64,000 nt of DNA, taken from contig JAAZCA010000036.1 in the NCBI GenBank assembly GCA_012513515.1, forward strand, positions 9,045 through 73,044, written 5' to 3'. Position 1 is the stretch's first letter. Each line of letters opens with the position of its first letter. The translations under genes were made by a program, and so were the position numbers. The notes below the pieces were generated by a model, which saw nothing but the letters and a program-made list of their open reading frames with translations, searched no databases and was not told where the DNA came from. The stretch is from Myxococcales bacterium. GTDB taxonomy: Bacteria; UBA10199; 2-02-FULL-44-16; JAAZCA01. Below are positions 29,782 through 38,754 of the stretch, piece after piece.

Positions 29782-31752
29782 CTATATCCCTGCTCCGAGA
29801 GTTACCCAGTAACTCCTGCGAGGGAGAGGAAATCCCCTTGCATCGTATATCTGCACGTTGGTCACGTCCCTGACCTCGGCGGTAGCAAAGAAATGCTTTG
29901 CGAATTTCACAGTGGTTCCCAGATCTATTGCTGTATGCTGCGAGATCCAAACCGTGTTTGATGTATTGGATGGAAAGGATCCGATGTAGTGCAGCGTGCC
30001 GAAAAGGATCACTGGTTTTATCGTTCCGCGTACGCCTACGTTCAACTTGTGTTCAGGCCTTCCCGGCAATCTAAGCCTTCCTCCGGCGAATTTTGCATCC
30101 ATCCATGAATAGTTTGCTTCCAGGTGAAGCTGCTTAACAGGATCCATGCTGATGCCAACCTCGACGCCATTCGTGATGGCCTTGTTCGTATTGACAGGCT
30201 CGATCGTAGTGGCGGAGATCGGTACGAAGATGATCTGATTCTCGATTCGATTCTGAAAAAAGGAAAATTCGAGGCTCACGTACTTTGGGCCTATTATGAA
30301 TCCGGCATCGAAGTTTAGTGAATGTTCGTCTTTCAGTCGCGGGTTTCCACGCAGATACCCCTGGTCTGGATAGTACAGTTCGGAAAAATTTGGGTATCGG
30401 TATGCGGTCTGGACGTTTGATTTTAGAGTCAGCCATGGCAGCGGTTTCCCCGACAATCCGACGCGCCAGCTCGCCCGAAATTTCCTGGAGGTTGCCTTCT
30501 CCAGACGTATCTGAGGAGATAGTATAAGCCTGTCGCCGAGAAATCCGACCACCTCTTCCAGAAAAAATGTGCCGGTATTCCGGGTATGGCTTCCCATGGT
30601 AGGGGTGGATGGTATCGGCGAGAGATCTTTTGCGTGATCGAATCTGTATTGTCCTCTTGCGGTGGATGCTAAATTTATACTGCGCCACGATGCGATGTGC
30701 ATGACCTGCGCGTGCGCCTCCGGCGTGTAGCTTATGTAGGTCACGTCTATAGGATTTCCTATTGCAGGAGTGGGGTCCTTGAAATGGTCGTCATCGAAGA
30801 AGAATGTCGCGCCGCTTTGAAAGGAGAGCGGATCCATGAAAAATTTTTCAATTTCAAAGAGTACGTTAGATGTGTTTCGAAATATCTCCTGTTTGGCTTC
30901 CAGAGGATTTGTCGGGCTAAGCAGGGTGGTTTCTTCCTCCATCCCGGGAACTTCTCTATTCGTCCAGAAAAAGTCATTTGCTAGCGATATCTTCGTATTT
31001 TCAGAAAGCCTGATCCTTCCTTTGACGAGTACATTTTCGGCTATCGAACGGTTGTTTTCACGAGTCAGCGTCCTTGAAGCGCCGATTCTTCCTCCTGCCA
31101 TGTTTACCGCCGCAGTTTTGAAGGTGAAGTCTCCCGCGGTAGACCTGTGGCTGTGCGCTAGAGTCATATCTCCGTTTTTAAATGGTTCCGACCAGGATTC
31201 GGCGGTCTTGAGAGTTAGGAAGGATCCTCCGGTCAGCTTTACATCGATGGAACGCTTGTCATGTGCTTCTTTGGTGACGATGTTGATCACCCCGCCTATG
31301 GCGTCGGTGCCGAAGCGCGCCGACGTCGCTCCGCGTATAACCTCGATTCGTTCTATGGCATCTAGAGGGATTGTGGAAAAATCCACTGCGCCGAAGGTGG
31401 AAGAGTTGAGCCTGACACCATCGACAAAAACCGCAACCTGCTCCGCTGATGAGCCTCGTATAGATACGGTAGAGAGTTGTCCTTCGCCGCCGAGATTTGT
31501 CACGTCGACTCCGAGAGTTTCAGAGAGGATCTCTGAGGTGGTCTTCGACTGGTCGAAGTATTTGTCAGGTTTTATGATTGTAGCGAATGAGCCGGTGCTT
31601 TCGAGAGATTCGTATTCGTTTCTCCCCTTTATCTGGATTTCGCCGATGTCGGCGCTATCGCTTGCCTTCGAGGGCAGAGGTGCGCACAGGAGAAGGATCA
31701 AAAAAATAAACCTCCTCCGCTGGAGAAGGTTTTGTGTGAAGCGAGGCTTCAT
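29782..31752 (-). CDS. btuB: TonB-dependent outer membrane receptor (BtuB-like; cobalamin/corrinoid receptor inferred from riboswitch)
   Basis: Signal peptide at MKPRF...; plug region near 'TVSIRGSSAEQVAVFVDGVRLN' and C-terminal beta-barrel; start trimmed from ORF-track 31920 because upstream sequence is a riboswitch. Confidence 0.85.
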   Translation of the reverse strand: MKPRFTQNLLQRRRFIFLILLLCAPLPSKASDSADIGEIQIKGRNEYESLESTGSFATIIKPDKYFDQSKTTSEILSETLGVDVTNLGGEGQLSTVSIRGSSAEQVAVFVDGVRLNSSTFGAVDFSTIPLDAIERIEVIRGATSARFGTDAIGGVINIVTKEAHDKRSIDVKLTGGSFLTLKTAESWSEPFKNGDMTLAHSHRSTAGDFTFKTAAVNMAGGRIGASRTLTRENNRSIAENVLVKGRIRLSENTKISLANDFFWTNREVPGMEEETTLLSPTNPLEAKQEIFRNTSNVLFEIEKFFMDPLSFQSGATFFFDDDHFKDPTPAIGNPIDVTYISYTPEAHAQVMHIASWRSINLASTARGQYRFDHAKDLSPIPSTPTMGSHTRNTGTFFLEEVVGFLGDRLILSPQIRLEKATSRKFRASWRVGLSGKPLPWLTLKSNVQTAYRYPNFSELYYPDQGYLRGNPRLKDEHSLNFDAGFIIGPKYVSLEFSFFQNRIENQIIFVPISATTIEPVNTNKAITNGVEVGISMDPVKQLHLEANYSWMDAKFAGGRLRLPGRPEHKLNVGVRGTIKPVILFGTLHYIGSFPSNTSNTVWISQHTAIDLGTTVKFAKHFFATAEVRDVTNVQIYDARGFPLPRRSYWVTLGAGI

Positions 31753-31784
31753 GCGCTCCCTCTTTCCGCGAAGAGTTGCAGCTT

Positions 31785-31950
31785 GAAAATGCGGCGCAAG
31801 GTTTCCTGGCTTCGAGGGGATCTCTTTTTGCCTCGCCTTCCCGCCCCGCGGTAGGCGGGACAGTGACTTGCGGCAGAAGGGTGTTCCTCTTACAGTGGCG
31901 GGACCGCGCGGGATTTTCACCCGGCTTCCCTTGAACGTCGAATCAGCAAA
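31785..31950 (-). ncRNA. cobalamin (B12) riboswitch
   Basis: Minus-strand RNA reads AAGGGAAGCCGGGUGAAAAUCCCGCGCGGUCCCGCCACUGUAAGAGG...GAAGCCAGGAAACCUUGCGCC, matching the conserved GGUGAAAAUCC / CCCGCCACUGU core and B12-box (AGCCAGGAnACC) of the cobalamin riboswitch; directly upstream of the TonB receptor start. Confidence 0.85.
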
Positions 31951-31961
31951 TTGTGCGGCAT

Positions 31962-31990
31962 CACTAACAGGAAGGGATATCGCTTGTCAA
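31962..31990 (-). promoter_or_regulatory. candidate sigma70-type promoter for riboswitch/btuB transcript
   Basis: minus-strand TTGACA, 17-nt spacer, TTAGTG about 10 nt upstream of riboswitch 5' region. Confidence 0.3.
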
Positions 31991-32029
31991 TAAAAGCTAT
32001 TCTCGTTGCTTTTGCCCGCGAAATGAGGT

Positions 32030-32719
32030 TTGAAGCGCGATATGAAGAAAAGCGGTGAAATGAGTACGACCCTTTGGGATTTCCCCTCCCGGCATATCGG
32101 GTCCTCCATTCAGGGGGATGATTCCTATATAGGCGCGACACCGGCCGGAATTATCTGGAATCTTCTCGAGAGATATACGCGGGAAGGGGACCTCGTAGTC
32201 GACCCGATGTGCGGAAGCGGCACGACTCTGGATGTAGCCCGCGAACTTTCGAGGCGTGCTCTCGGCTATGATCTCAAACCGTCCCGCAAGGATATCTTTC
32301 GCGCTGATGCGAGAAAACTTCCGTTGGAAAACGGGAAGGCGGATTTCATCTTCGTTGATCCTCCGTATTCGACGCACATCGACTATTCGGATGATCCGAG
32401 ATGTATCGGGAAGCTTTCGGCGTTCGAGGAAAAATATTTCAAGGAGATGGAAAGGGTGATCGCGGAATGCGACAGGATCCTGCGCCCCAAGCGCTGCATG
32501 GCCCTTTACGTTTCCGACACATATCAGAAGAAAAAAGGGTTTGTGCCAATCGGATTTCGTCTATTCGAGATGCTTTGCCGGCGCTTTCGGCCGCTTGATG
32601 TCGTAGCAGTGGTTAGGCATAACAGGAAACTGAAGCGCGGAAACTGGCATGCCGAGGCGATAAAAGGGAATTTCTACCTGCGCGGCTTCAATTACCTCTT
32701 TATAATGAAGAAAGATTGA
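32030..32719 (+). CDS. SAM-dependent methyltransferase with DPPY motif (orphan DNA N6A/N4C MTase or UPF0020-type RNA m2G MTase)
   Basis: Motif I 'VVDPMCGSGTTLD' followed by motif IV 'FIFVDPPYS'; no adjacent restriction endonuclease. Confidence 0.55.
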   Translation: MKRDMKKSGEMSTTLWDFPSRHIGSSIQGDDSYIGATPAGIIWNLLERYTREGDLVVDPMCGSGTTLDVARELSRRALGYDLKPSRKDIFRADARKLPLENGKADFIFVDPPYSTHIDYSDDPRCIGKLSAFEEKYFKEMERVIAECDRILRPKRCMALYVSDTYQKKKGFVPIGFRLFEMLCRRFRPLDVVAVVRHNRKLKRGNWHAEAIKGNFYLRGFNYLFIMKKD

Positions 32720-32818
32720 AGTGTTTAACCTTTTGATATTACTGAATATTGTTGTGAATGTGGCGGGCGTTATGGTGCGGCTCAATTTCCTTGAAAATGT
32801 AGGTGCAATCGGTTAGCT

Positions 32819-32852
32819 TCCGCCGCCATTTGATCGGCGGTACCGTTTTTTG
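32819..32852 (+). terminator. candidate rho-independent terminator downstream of methyltransferase
   Basis: CCGCCGCC-loop-CGGCGG hairpin followed by TACCG TTTTTT. Confidence 0.35.
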
Positions 32853-33095
32853 AAATTGGATTCGTATTTTTGTTGTCATCCCCGCATGGTTTTGGCGGGG
32901 ATCCAAAAACTGCCGTGACTTTTTCGAGGTTCGATGGTCGAAAACAGGAAGTGTTGGAACTGGATTGCTTCGCTTGGCGCTCGCAATGACGGCGAGTGTG
33001 TCATCGCGCTATGCTCACCAACGGTTTAGTGGCGGGCAATGCTGGCTCCGCCATTAATGCGTCGGCAGGTGCTCGATTTGACAGCAGCTTTTTGT

Positions 33096-33167
33096 GGGCG
33101 CATAACTCAGCGGAAGAGTGCGATCCTCACACGGTCGAAGTCGCAGGTTCAAACCCTGCTGCGCCCA
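33096..33167 (+). tRNA. tRNA-Val (anticodon CAC)
   Basis: Cloverleaf folded by hand: acceptor GGGCGCA/TGCGCCC, D stem ACTC/GAGT, anticodon loop CUCACAC, T arm GCAGG-TTCAAAC-CCTGC; CCA not encoded. Confidence 0.9.
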
Positions 33168-33246
33168 CAAAAAGCTGCGCCAAATCGGGAGTTCAAACCC
33201 AGCAACGCCCACAGTAGGACAGGGAGTAGGGGTAGAAAAGTGGAAT

Positions 33247-33318
33247 GCCCCCGTAGCTCAGTGGATAGAGTACCTGCCTCCGGAGCAGGTTGCGCAGGTT
33301 CGATTCCTGCCGGGGGCG
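33247..33318 (+). tRNA. tRNA-Arg (anticodon CCG)
   Basis: Acceptor GCCCCCG/CGGGGGC, anticodon stem CCTGC/GCAGG loop CUCCGGA, T loop TTCGATT. Confidence 0.9.
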
Positions 33319-33422
33319 CAGGAGATTTGTTGTGCGGATATCCCCTCTATTTTCCATTTTCTATTTTCGTAAAATGGGAAACAGGAAATTGAAAATGGGC
33401 GGAAATTTGTAAAACGGATTTT

Positions 33423-33470
33423 GGGGCAGTAGCTCAGCTTAAGAGAGCACCACGTTCGTCCCGACGTCCG
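33423..33470 (+). pseudogene. tRNA-Ala-like 5' half (truncated/pseudo tRNA)
   Basis: First ~36 nt (GGGGCAGTAGCTCAGCTTAAGAGAGCACCACGTTCG) nearly identical to 5' half of downstream tRNA-Ala, then no complementary anticodon stem, T arm or acceptor 3' strand. Confidence 0.45.
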
Positions 33471-33553
33471 CATTCCTCCGTAGGCGGGATTTGCGGCGTC
33501 GAGGATCCTCGATGTGACTGACAATTTTTTGCTTTACCCCTTATGGGTTGAGA

Positions 33554-33626
33554 GGGGCACTAGCTCAGTTGGGAGAGCACCACGTTCGCAACGTGGGGGT
33601 CGAGGGTTCGAATCCCTTGTGCTCCA
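33554..33626 (+). tRNA. tRNA-Ala (anticodon CGC)
   Basis: Acceptor GGGGCAC/GTGCTCC with G3:U70 Ala identity pair, anticodon loop UUCGCAA, T loop TTCGAAT. Confidence 0.9.
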
Positions 33627-34106
33627 CTGAGCCCACGAGGGCGTGAAGCGAAAAATTGTGCCACATCGGGACAAGTGGGGGCCAAGGGTTCGAACGAACA
33701 AATGTTATGATGCGTGAGGGCGAAGCCCGGAACAAATAGCCCTGATCATCAGAACGAAGTGACAATCCCTTCTACTCCACAAAAAAGAAAAGGGTCGCTG
33801 GTTTTTTGGCGGCCCCTTTCTTTTTTGGTGGGGTTGAGGATGAGAACCGCAGCCGCAAGGTTGCCGGTTCCGACGCCCGACCATGTGAGGCGATTCTTTT
33901 ATTCTTGAATTTTGCAGACTTCAGATCCTCAGATTAAATGCTATTCAAAGATCAAATCCGTACGATTGTCTCTTGTTTTGTACATCTGAACAATTTATTG
34001 ACGCTTGAAGTCTATAGTGTAAGTAGATCCTATATTGCAGATTTTGGACAAGACCGTAAGAGCCTGTGACAAATCAAATCGGAAATAAAACACAAATAGC
34101 GATTGC

Positions 34107-34808
34107 GTGATGTATTTAATTACGGTAAAATTCCAAAACTGCATAGCCTGGTTTTCTAAATTTTTTAATGGAGATTCTTTTGAGGGATTTGGCAATGAAT
34201 GGTATTTTCTCATTATAAAAATTATTTACTTGGGATTTGCACTGATCATTATGAGGTACGTAGGCGGTTTGTCCCCCAAGCAGCTTGGAATTACCATTGA
34301 TCGTAACAAAAAAACTTTTATTTTTTGGTTTGCGTCATCTGTAGGGTTCGCAATTCTGGTGATGTGTTTTTATATTCTTCTTATTAATATCTACTCATAT
34401 TTTATAGGTGTTATTAATATTAATTTTTTATCCATAGTCGAAACTTTAAATAAATTAAGTTCGTATGATATAATCAACCATTTCTTTATATCACCTATAT
34501 TTGAAGAAATATTTTTTCGAGCAATTCTTTGTTCGGTTTTTGCGTATTTATGCGGGTGGAACGTTTCTTTTATTGTTGTTACGAATGGGTTGTTATTTAG
34601 TATCGCACATTTTTACTATGGGAACCCAGATCCGGCCAATCTAGTCGGAGGTTATTTTCTCGCGTGGTCTTTTTGTATAAGTCGTTCTGTAATTACGCCG
34701 ATAATGTTTCATATCATAGGTAATGCTCTTTGTTTTTTTCCAAATATTATAAGCACGTTTTACCCAACGCTAATCTTGGATGTAACTTCAAAGCTTAATT
34801 TTTTCTAG
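34107..34808 (+). CDS. CPBP-family intramembrane metalloprotease (CAAX protease / Abi-type)
   Basis: Motif 1 'EEIFFR', motif 'FSIAHFYYG', 'HIIGNA' within multi-TM protein; lies in a visibly AT-rich segment unlike flanks. Confidence 0.75.
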   Translation: MMYLITVKFQNCIAWFSKFFNGDSFEGFGNEWYFLIIKIIYLGFALIIMRYVGGLSPKQLGITIDRNKKTFIFWFASSVGFAILVMCFYILLINIYSYFIGVININFLSIVETLNKLSSYDIINHFFISPIFEEIFFRAILCSVFAYLCGWNVSFIVVTNGLLFSIAHFYYGNPDPANLVGGYFLAWSFCISRSVITPIMFHIIGNALCFFPNIISTFYPTLILDVTSKLNFF

Positions 34809-34970
34809 TTATCCAGGGGCACATACCGTTTGTGTCCCCGAAAAAGCTTCTAAATATCAAATAGTTGCTTGTTTTAAGAGGGGCGGCTCCTCTCTTTTGG
34901 GGACGCTTACCGTTTGTCTCCCCCGAAAGTGTTTGCGAAATTGGGTATCTGCAAGTATGCCTGCCGCCCG

Positions 34971-36605
34971 ATGAAAACAGTCGATAATGCAATAAGGGGC
35001 GAGATCACCCGCCGCAAGACCTTCGCGATAATTTCGCATCCCGATGCCGGAAAGACAACCGTCACCGAGAAGCTGCTCCTTTTTGGGAACGCCATCCAGA
35101 TGGCGGGTACCGTCAAGGCGAAGCGATCTGCGCAGTTCGCCACCTCCGATTGGATGGAGATAGAAAAACAGCGCGGCATTTCAGTCACCTCTGCGGTGAT
35201 GCAGTTTTCGTATGCCAATCACGAGATCAATCTTCTCGATACCCCTGGCCACGCCGATTTCAGCGAGGATACATACCGAGTTCTTACGGCCGTCGACAGC
35301 GCGCTGATGGTCATCGATGCCGCAAAGGGAATCGAGGCGCAGACTAAAAAACTTTTTCAGGTCTGCCGAGATCGCCACATGCCGATCATGACGTTGATGA
35401 ACAAGATGGATCGCGAGGGGCGAAATCCATTCGATCTGATCGATGAACTTGAGAATCAGCTCCATCTTTCATGCACGGTCATGACCTGGCCAATAGGCCA
35501 GGGGCGCGATTTTCGCGGTGTGTACGATCTCAAGGAGAAATGCATCAGGCTCTTCAGGCCGGGAGTGAAGGATCTTCACGAAGGGGATGACTTGAGGCTC
35601 GTTCGCGACCTCGATGATACGGAACTGAAAAAGCTCGTCGGCGAAGATGCAATTGCGAAGCTCAAAGATGATCTCGAGCTGATCGAAGGGGCGGGGCACG
35701 GGTTTGACGAGAAGGGATATCTATCCGGAAAACTCACCCCCGTCTTTTTCGGATCCGCCATAAATAACTTTGGAATAAGGGAGCTCCTCGAAGCATTTGT
35801 GAATTACGCCCCATCGCCGCTTCCGAGGCCGGCTGAAACTCGTGTCGTTGATCCGTTCGAGGGGAATTTTTCAGGGCTTATATTCAAGATTCAGGCGAAT
35901 ATGGATCCCAACCACAGGGACCGCATTGCATTCTTGAGAATCTGCGCCGGCGAATTCATCCAGGGGATGTCGGTCTATCACGTTCGTGCTGGCAAGGAAT
36001 TTCGAATAAAAAATGCGCTGCAGTTCATGTCTCAAAAACGCAGCAACATCGATAGGGCGTACGCCGGAGATATCATAGGAATACACGACCGTGGCAATCT
36101 CATGATAGGGGATGCGCTGACGATGGGCGAAGATCTGAAGTTCACAGGAATTCCGCAGTTTTCTCCCGACAGGTTCAGCCTTGTGACGCTGAAAAATCCG
36201 ATCAAGGTGAAGCAGCTTCACAAAGGACTCGGGCAGCTAGCGGAGGAAGGCAGTTCGCAGCTTTTTCGTAGGAAATACAACTCGGACATCATAATAGGTG
36301 TCGTCGGTCAGCTGCAGTTCGAGGTCGTGAAATTCAGGCTGCTAAACGAATATGGCGCGGATGCTATATTTCATCCCATGAATTATACGTGTTCCAGATG
36401 GTATCGTTCGGCCGATAGAAAAAAGCGGGAGGCATTCGAAAACTATTACCGCGACCACATAGTCTATGATGCCCGCGGCTATCCTATGATACTCTTTAAA
36501 AGCGAATGGGAGCTGGGATATATTCAGGAAAAGCATCCTGAAATCAGCTTCTATTCAAGCCTTATAAATTACGAGCAGGAATGTTCTGAAAAAGCCGATA
36601 CCTAA
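34971..36605 (+). CDS. prfC: peptide chain release factor 3
   Basis: 'RRKTFAIISHPDAGKTTVTEKLLLFG' G1 motif, 'DTPGHADF', 'NKMDR'; start trimmed to MKTVDNA. Confidence 0.85.
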   Translation: MKTVDNAIRGEITRRKTFAIISHPDAGKTTVTEKLLLFGNAIQMAGTVKAKRSAQFATSDWMEIEKQRGISVTSAVMQFSYANHEINLLDTPGHADFSEDTYRVLTAVDSALMVIDAAKGIEAQTKKLFQVCRDRHMPIMTLMNKMDREGRNPFDLIDELENQLHLSCTVMTWPIGQGRDFRGVYDLKEKCIRLFRPGVKDLHEGDDLRLVRDLDDTELKKLVGEDAIAKLKDDLELIEGAGHGFDEKGYLSGKLTPVFFGSAINNFGIRELLEAFVNYAPSPLPRPAETRVVDPFEGNFSGLIFKIQANMDPNHRDRIAFLRICAGEFIQGMSVYHVRAGKEFRIKNALQFMSQKRSNIDRAYAGDIIGIHDRGNLMIGDALTMGEDLKFTGIPQFSPDRFSLVTLKNPIKVKQLHKGLGQLAEEGSSQLFRRKYNSDIIIGVVGQLQFEVVKFRLLNEYGADAIFHPMNYTCSRWYRSADRKKREAFENYYRDHIVYDARGYPMILFKSEWELGYIQEKHPEISFYSSLINYEQECSEKADT

Positions 36606-36617
36606 TTTGGGAGGGTT

Positions 36618-38741
36618 ATGGCGAAAATTCACAAAACTCATCCGCTGAGGCAGATATTTTGGGCAGCAGCGATAGCCGCTGTATCGGTAATTCTGCTCCT
36701 CTCTCTTTCCAAGACCAAGCTGTTCAGGATTACCGAGTTAAAAACATATGATCTGCGAATGTCACTTCTGAGAAGCGGGCGCGCTGTTCCGGAAAACGTG
36801 GTCATGTTCTATGTGGACGAGCCATCGCTTCGTCACATGGAGTCTCAAGGGGTGAGCTGGCCGTGGCCCCGCGAACTCTATTCGATGGCGCTCGATTTCT
36901 GCAAGCGTGGCGGTGCGCGTGCCGCTGTTTTCGATATTTTCTTTTCTGAGGACTCGGTTTACGGCGTCGAAGATGATGAGGCTTTTACCTTCGGAATAAA
37001 GAGTGGACCGCCATCATATTTTGTTCTCTTCCTGTCTAAAAATAAGGCAGAAATTACGCCTGTCGGAGAGATTGCGATTTCCAAAACAGACATTCCATTT
37101 CAAAGCGATCTCCCTCCATGGGTGTTAAAAAGTAATTCAATAAGTTCGCTGCCGATACCCGGAGTTGCTGAGTCGGCCTCTGGTTTCGGAAACGCCCAGG
37201 TTCCTCCCGATGAGGACGGGATCTATAGAAGGATATCTCTGATAGATGCTATGGATTCTCATGCCATTCCTGCAATTTCTCTGAAAGTGGTCAGCGATGT
37301 GAGAGGGGTCGGGAATATCGAGTGGCTGCAGAGAAAAAATATCAAAATGGATGGCAGGAATCTGCCGCTCGATTCCGACGGCATGATGATGATCAACTAT
37401 TATGGGGGTACCGATACATTTCCAAATTATCCGCTTGCTGGAATTATTTCCTCCGCATTTCAAGTGGCAAACGGAGATGATCCTCAAATTTCCCCCGAAG
37501 TTGTGAAGGACAAGATCGTGATCTTCGGCCTCGCTGCTCCGGGACTTTACGACATGAAGCCATCTCCTATATCGCGCGTATATCCAGGCCCGGAGGTGCA
37601 CGCAACTGTCATAGAAAATTTGATGCGAGGAGATTTCATGCGGCCTTTTCGGGCGCATGCTGATTTTGTAGTGGTATTTTTGTCGGCTGCCATCGCATCT
37701 CTTGGCCTTACATGGATAGCGACATCTTGGGGAATAGCGATATTCATAGCCATCGTGCTTTGCTCTATAGCGGGTTCCTCCTTTCTGCTTTTTGCGAACG
37801 GTATTTGGATGCCGGTTGTCACACCGTTTCTTGCCGCTTCGTTTTCGTCATTTGCGATGATATTGAAAAATTATCTCACCGAGGGAAGGCGTAGGCGCGA
37901 GATAAAGTCGGCCTTCAAACAGTATCTCTCCCCCGAGGTCGTATCGGAGATATCCAAGGACCCCGAAAGTTTGCGACTGGGGGGAGAGGAAAAAATCGTC
38001 ACGCTGTTTTTCTCGGACATAGCGGATTTCACGACGATCTCCGAAAGCACCGAGCCCCCGGCGCTAGTGGCTCAACTCAACGAATATTTTTCATCGACGA
38101 CGAGAATTATACAGGAAAGCGGAGGGACTCTCGACAAGTACATAGGCGATGCGATCATGGCGTTCTGGGGGGCGCCGCTGCCTATGGATGATCACGCCGC
38201 CAAGGCCGCGATCGCTGCGCTTCGAATACAATCGCTTCTTGATAAGGGATCTCCATTTACGACCAGAATCGGCATTCACACTGGACCTGCCGTGGTCGGC
38301 AACATAGGGTCGGATATACGGTTCAACTACACCGCTATCGGCGACACCGTGAATCTAGCCTCCCGCCTTGAGGGGCTCAACAAAAAACTGGGAACTCGGA
38401 TCATGATGAGCGAATCCAGCTTCGAAGCTTCGAAGGATTTTTTGGAAGCGAGAAGGATAGGGGCTGTAAGGGTTAAGGGGCGTTCGAAACCTGTCGGAAT
38501 ATACGAACCTCTCGGTGCTATAGGTGAATCGCATTCCCTTTCCGGCGATCTTCTTTCGATATTCTCCGATGCGCTTTTGCTCTTCGAAGTCGGAAGATTC
38601 AGCGAGGCCGCTGCTCTGTTTAACAAAGTTGCGGGAATAACCGGCGATCAGTGCTCAAAAATTTATGTTGGCATTTGCAATCAATATGATTTGAATCCCC
38701 CCGAAGGGTTTGATGGAGTTATAAATTTCACTACAAAATAA
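36618..38741 (+). CDS. CHASE2 sensor domain-containing class III adenylate/guanylate cyclase
   Basis: N-terminal TM, extracytoplasmic region, TM bundle, then cyclase homology domain 'VTLFFSDIADFTTISE...YIGDAIMAFWGAP...GIHTGPAVVGNIGS...YTAIGDTVNLASRLE'. Confidence 0.8.
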   Translation: MAKIHKTHPLRQIFWAAAIAAVSVILLLSLSKTKLFRITELKTYDLRMSLLRSGRAVPENVVMFYVDEPSLRHMESQGVSWPWPRELYSMALDFCKRGGARAAVFDIFFSEDSVYGVEDDEAFTFGIKSGPPSYFVLFLSKNKAEITPVGEIAISKTDIPFQSDLPPWVLKSNSISSLPIPGVAESASGFGNAQVPPDEDGIYRRISLIDAMDSHAIPAISLKVVSDVRGVGNIEWLQRKNIKMDGRNLPLDSDGMMMINYYGGTDTFPNYPLAGIISSAFQVANGDDPQISPEVVKDKIVIFGLAAPGLYDMKPSPISRVYPGPEVHATVIENLMRGDFMRPFRAHADFVVVFLSAAIASLGLTWIATSWGIAIFIAIVLCSIAGSSFLLFANGIWMPVVTPFLAASFSSFAMILKNYLTEGRRRREIKSAFKQYLSPEVVSEISKDPESLRLGGEEKIVTLFFSDIADFTTISESTEPPALVAQLNEYFSSTTRIIQESGGTLDKYIGDAIMAFWGAPLPMDDHAAKAAIAALRIQSLLDKGSPFTTRIGIHTGPAVVGNIGSDIRFNYTAIGDTVNLASRLEGLNKKLGTRIMMSESSFEASKDFLEARRIGAVRVKGRSKPVGIYEPLGAIGESHSLSGDLLSIFSDALLLFEVGRFSEAAALFNKVAGITGDQCSKIYVGICNQYDLNPPEGFDGVINFTTK

Positions 38742-38754
38742 ACGGAGGTTTCTC

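Noticed and set aside
29782-31920. ORF-track N-terminal extension of TonB-dependent receptor (712 aa)
   Set aside because: First 56 codons overlap the cobalamin riboswitch and encode an Arg/Lys-rich non-signal sequence; true start is the internal ATG (MKPRF...) preceding a signal peptide.
32878-32902. Hairpin ATCCCCGC-loop-GCGGGGAT as terminator of methyltransferase
   Set aside because: No downstream T-run on plus strand; treated as a REP-like hairpin, not a terminator (a better terminator candidate lies at 32819-32852).
33640-33700. T-arm-like sequence 'GGGGGCCAAGGGTTCGAACGAAC' after tRNA-Ala suggesting another tRNA
   Set aside because: No acceptor stem, D arm or anticodon arm could be folded around it.
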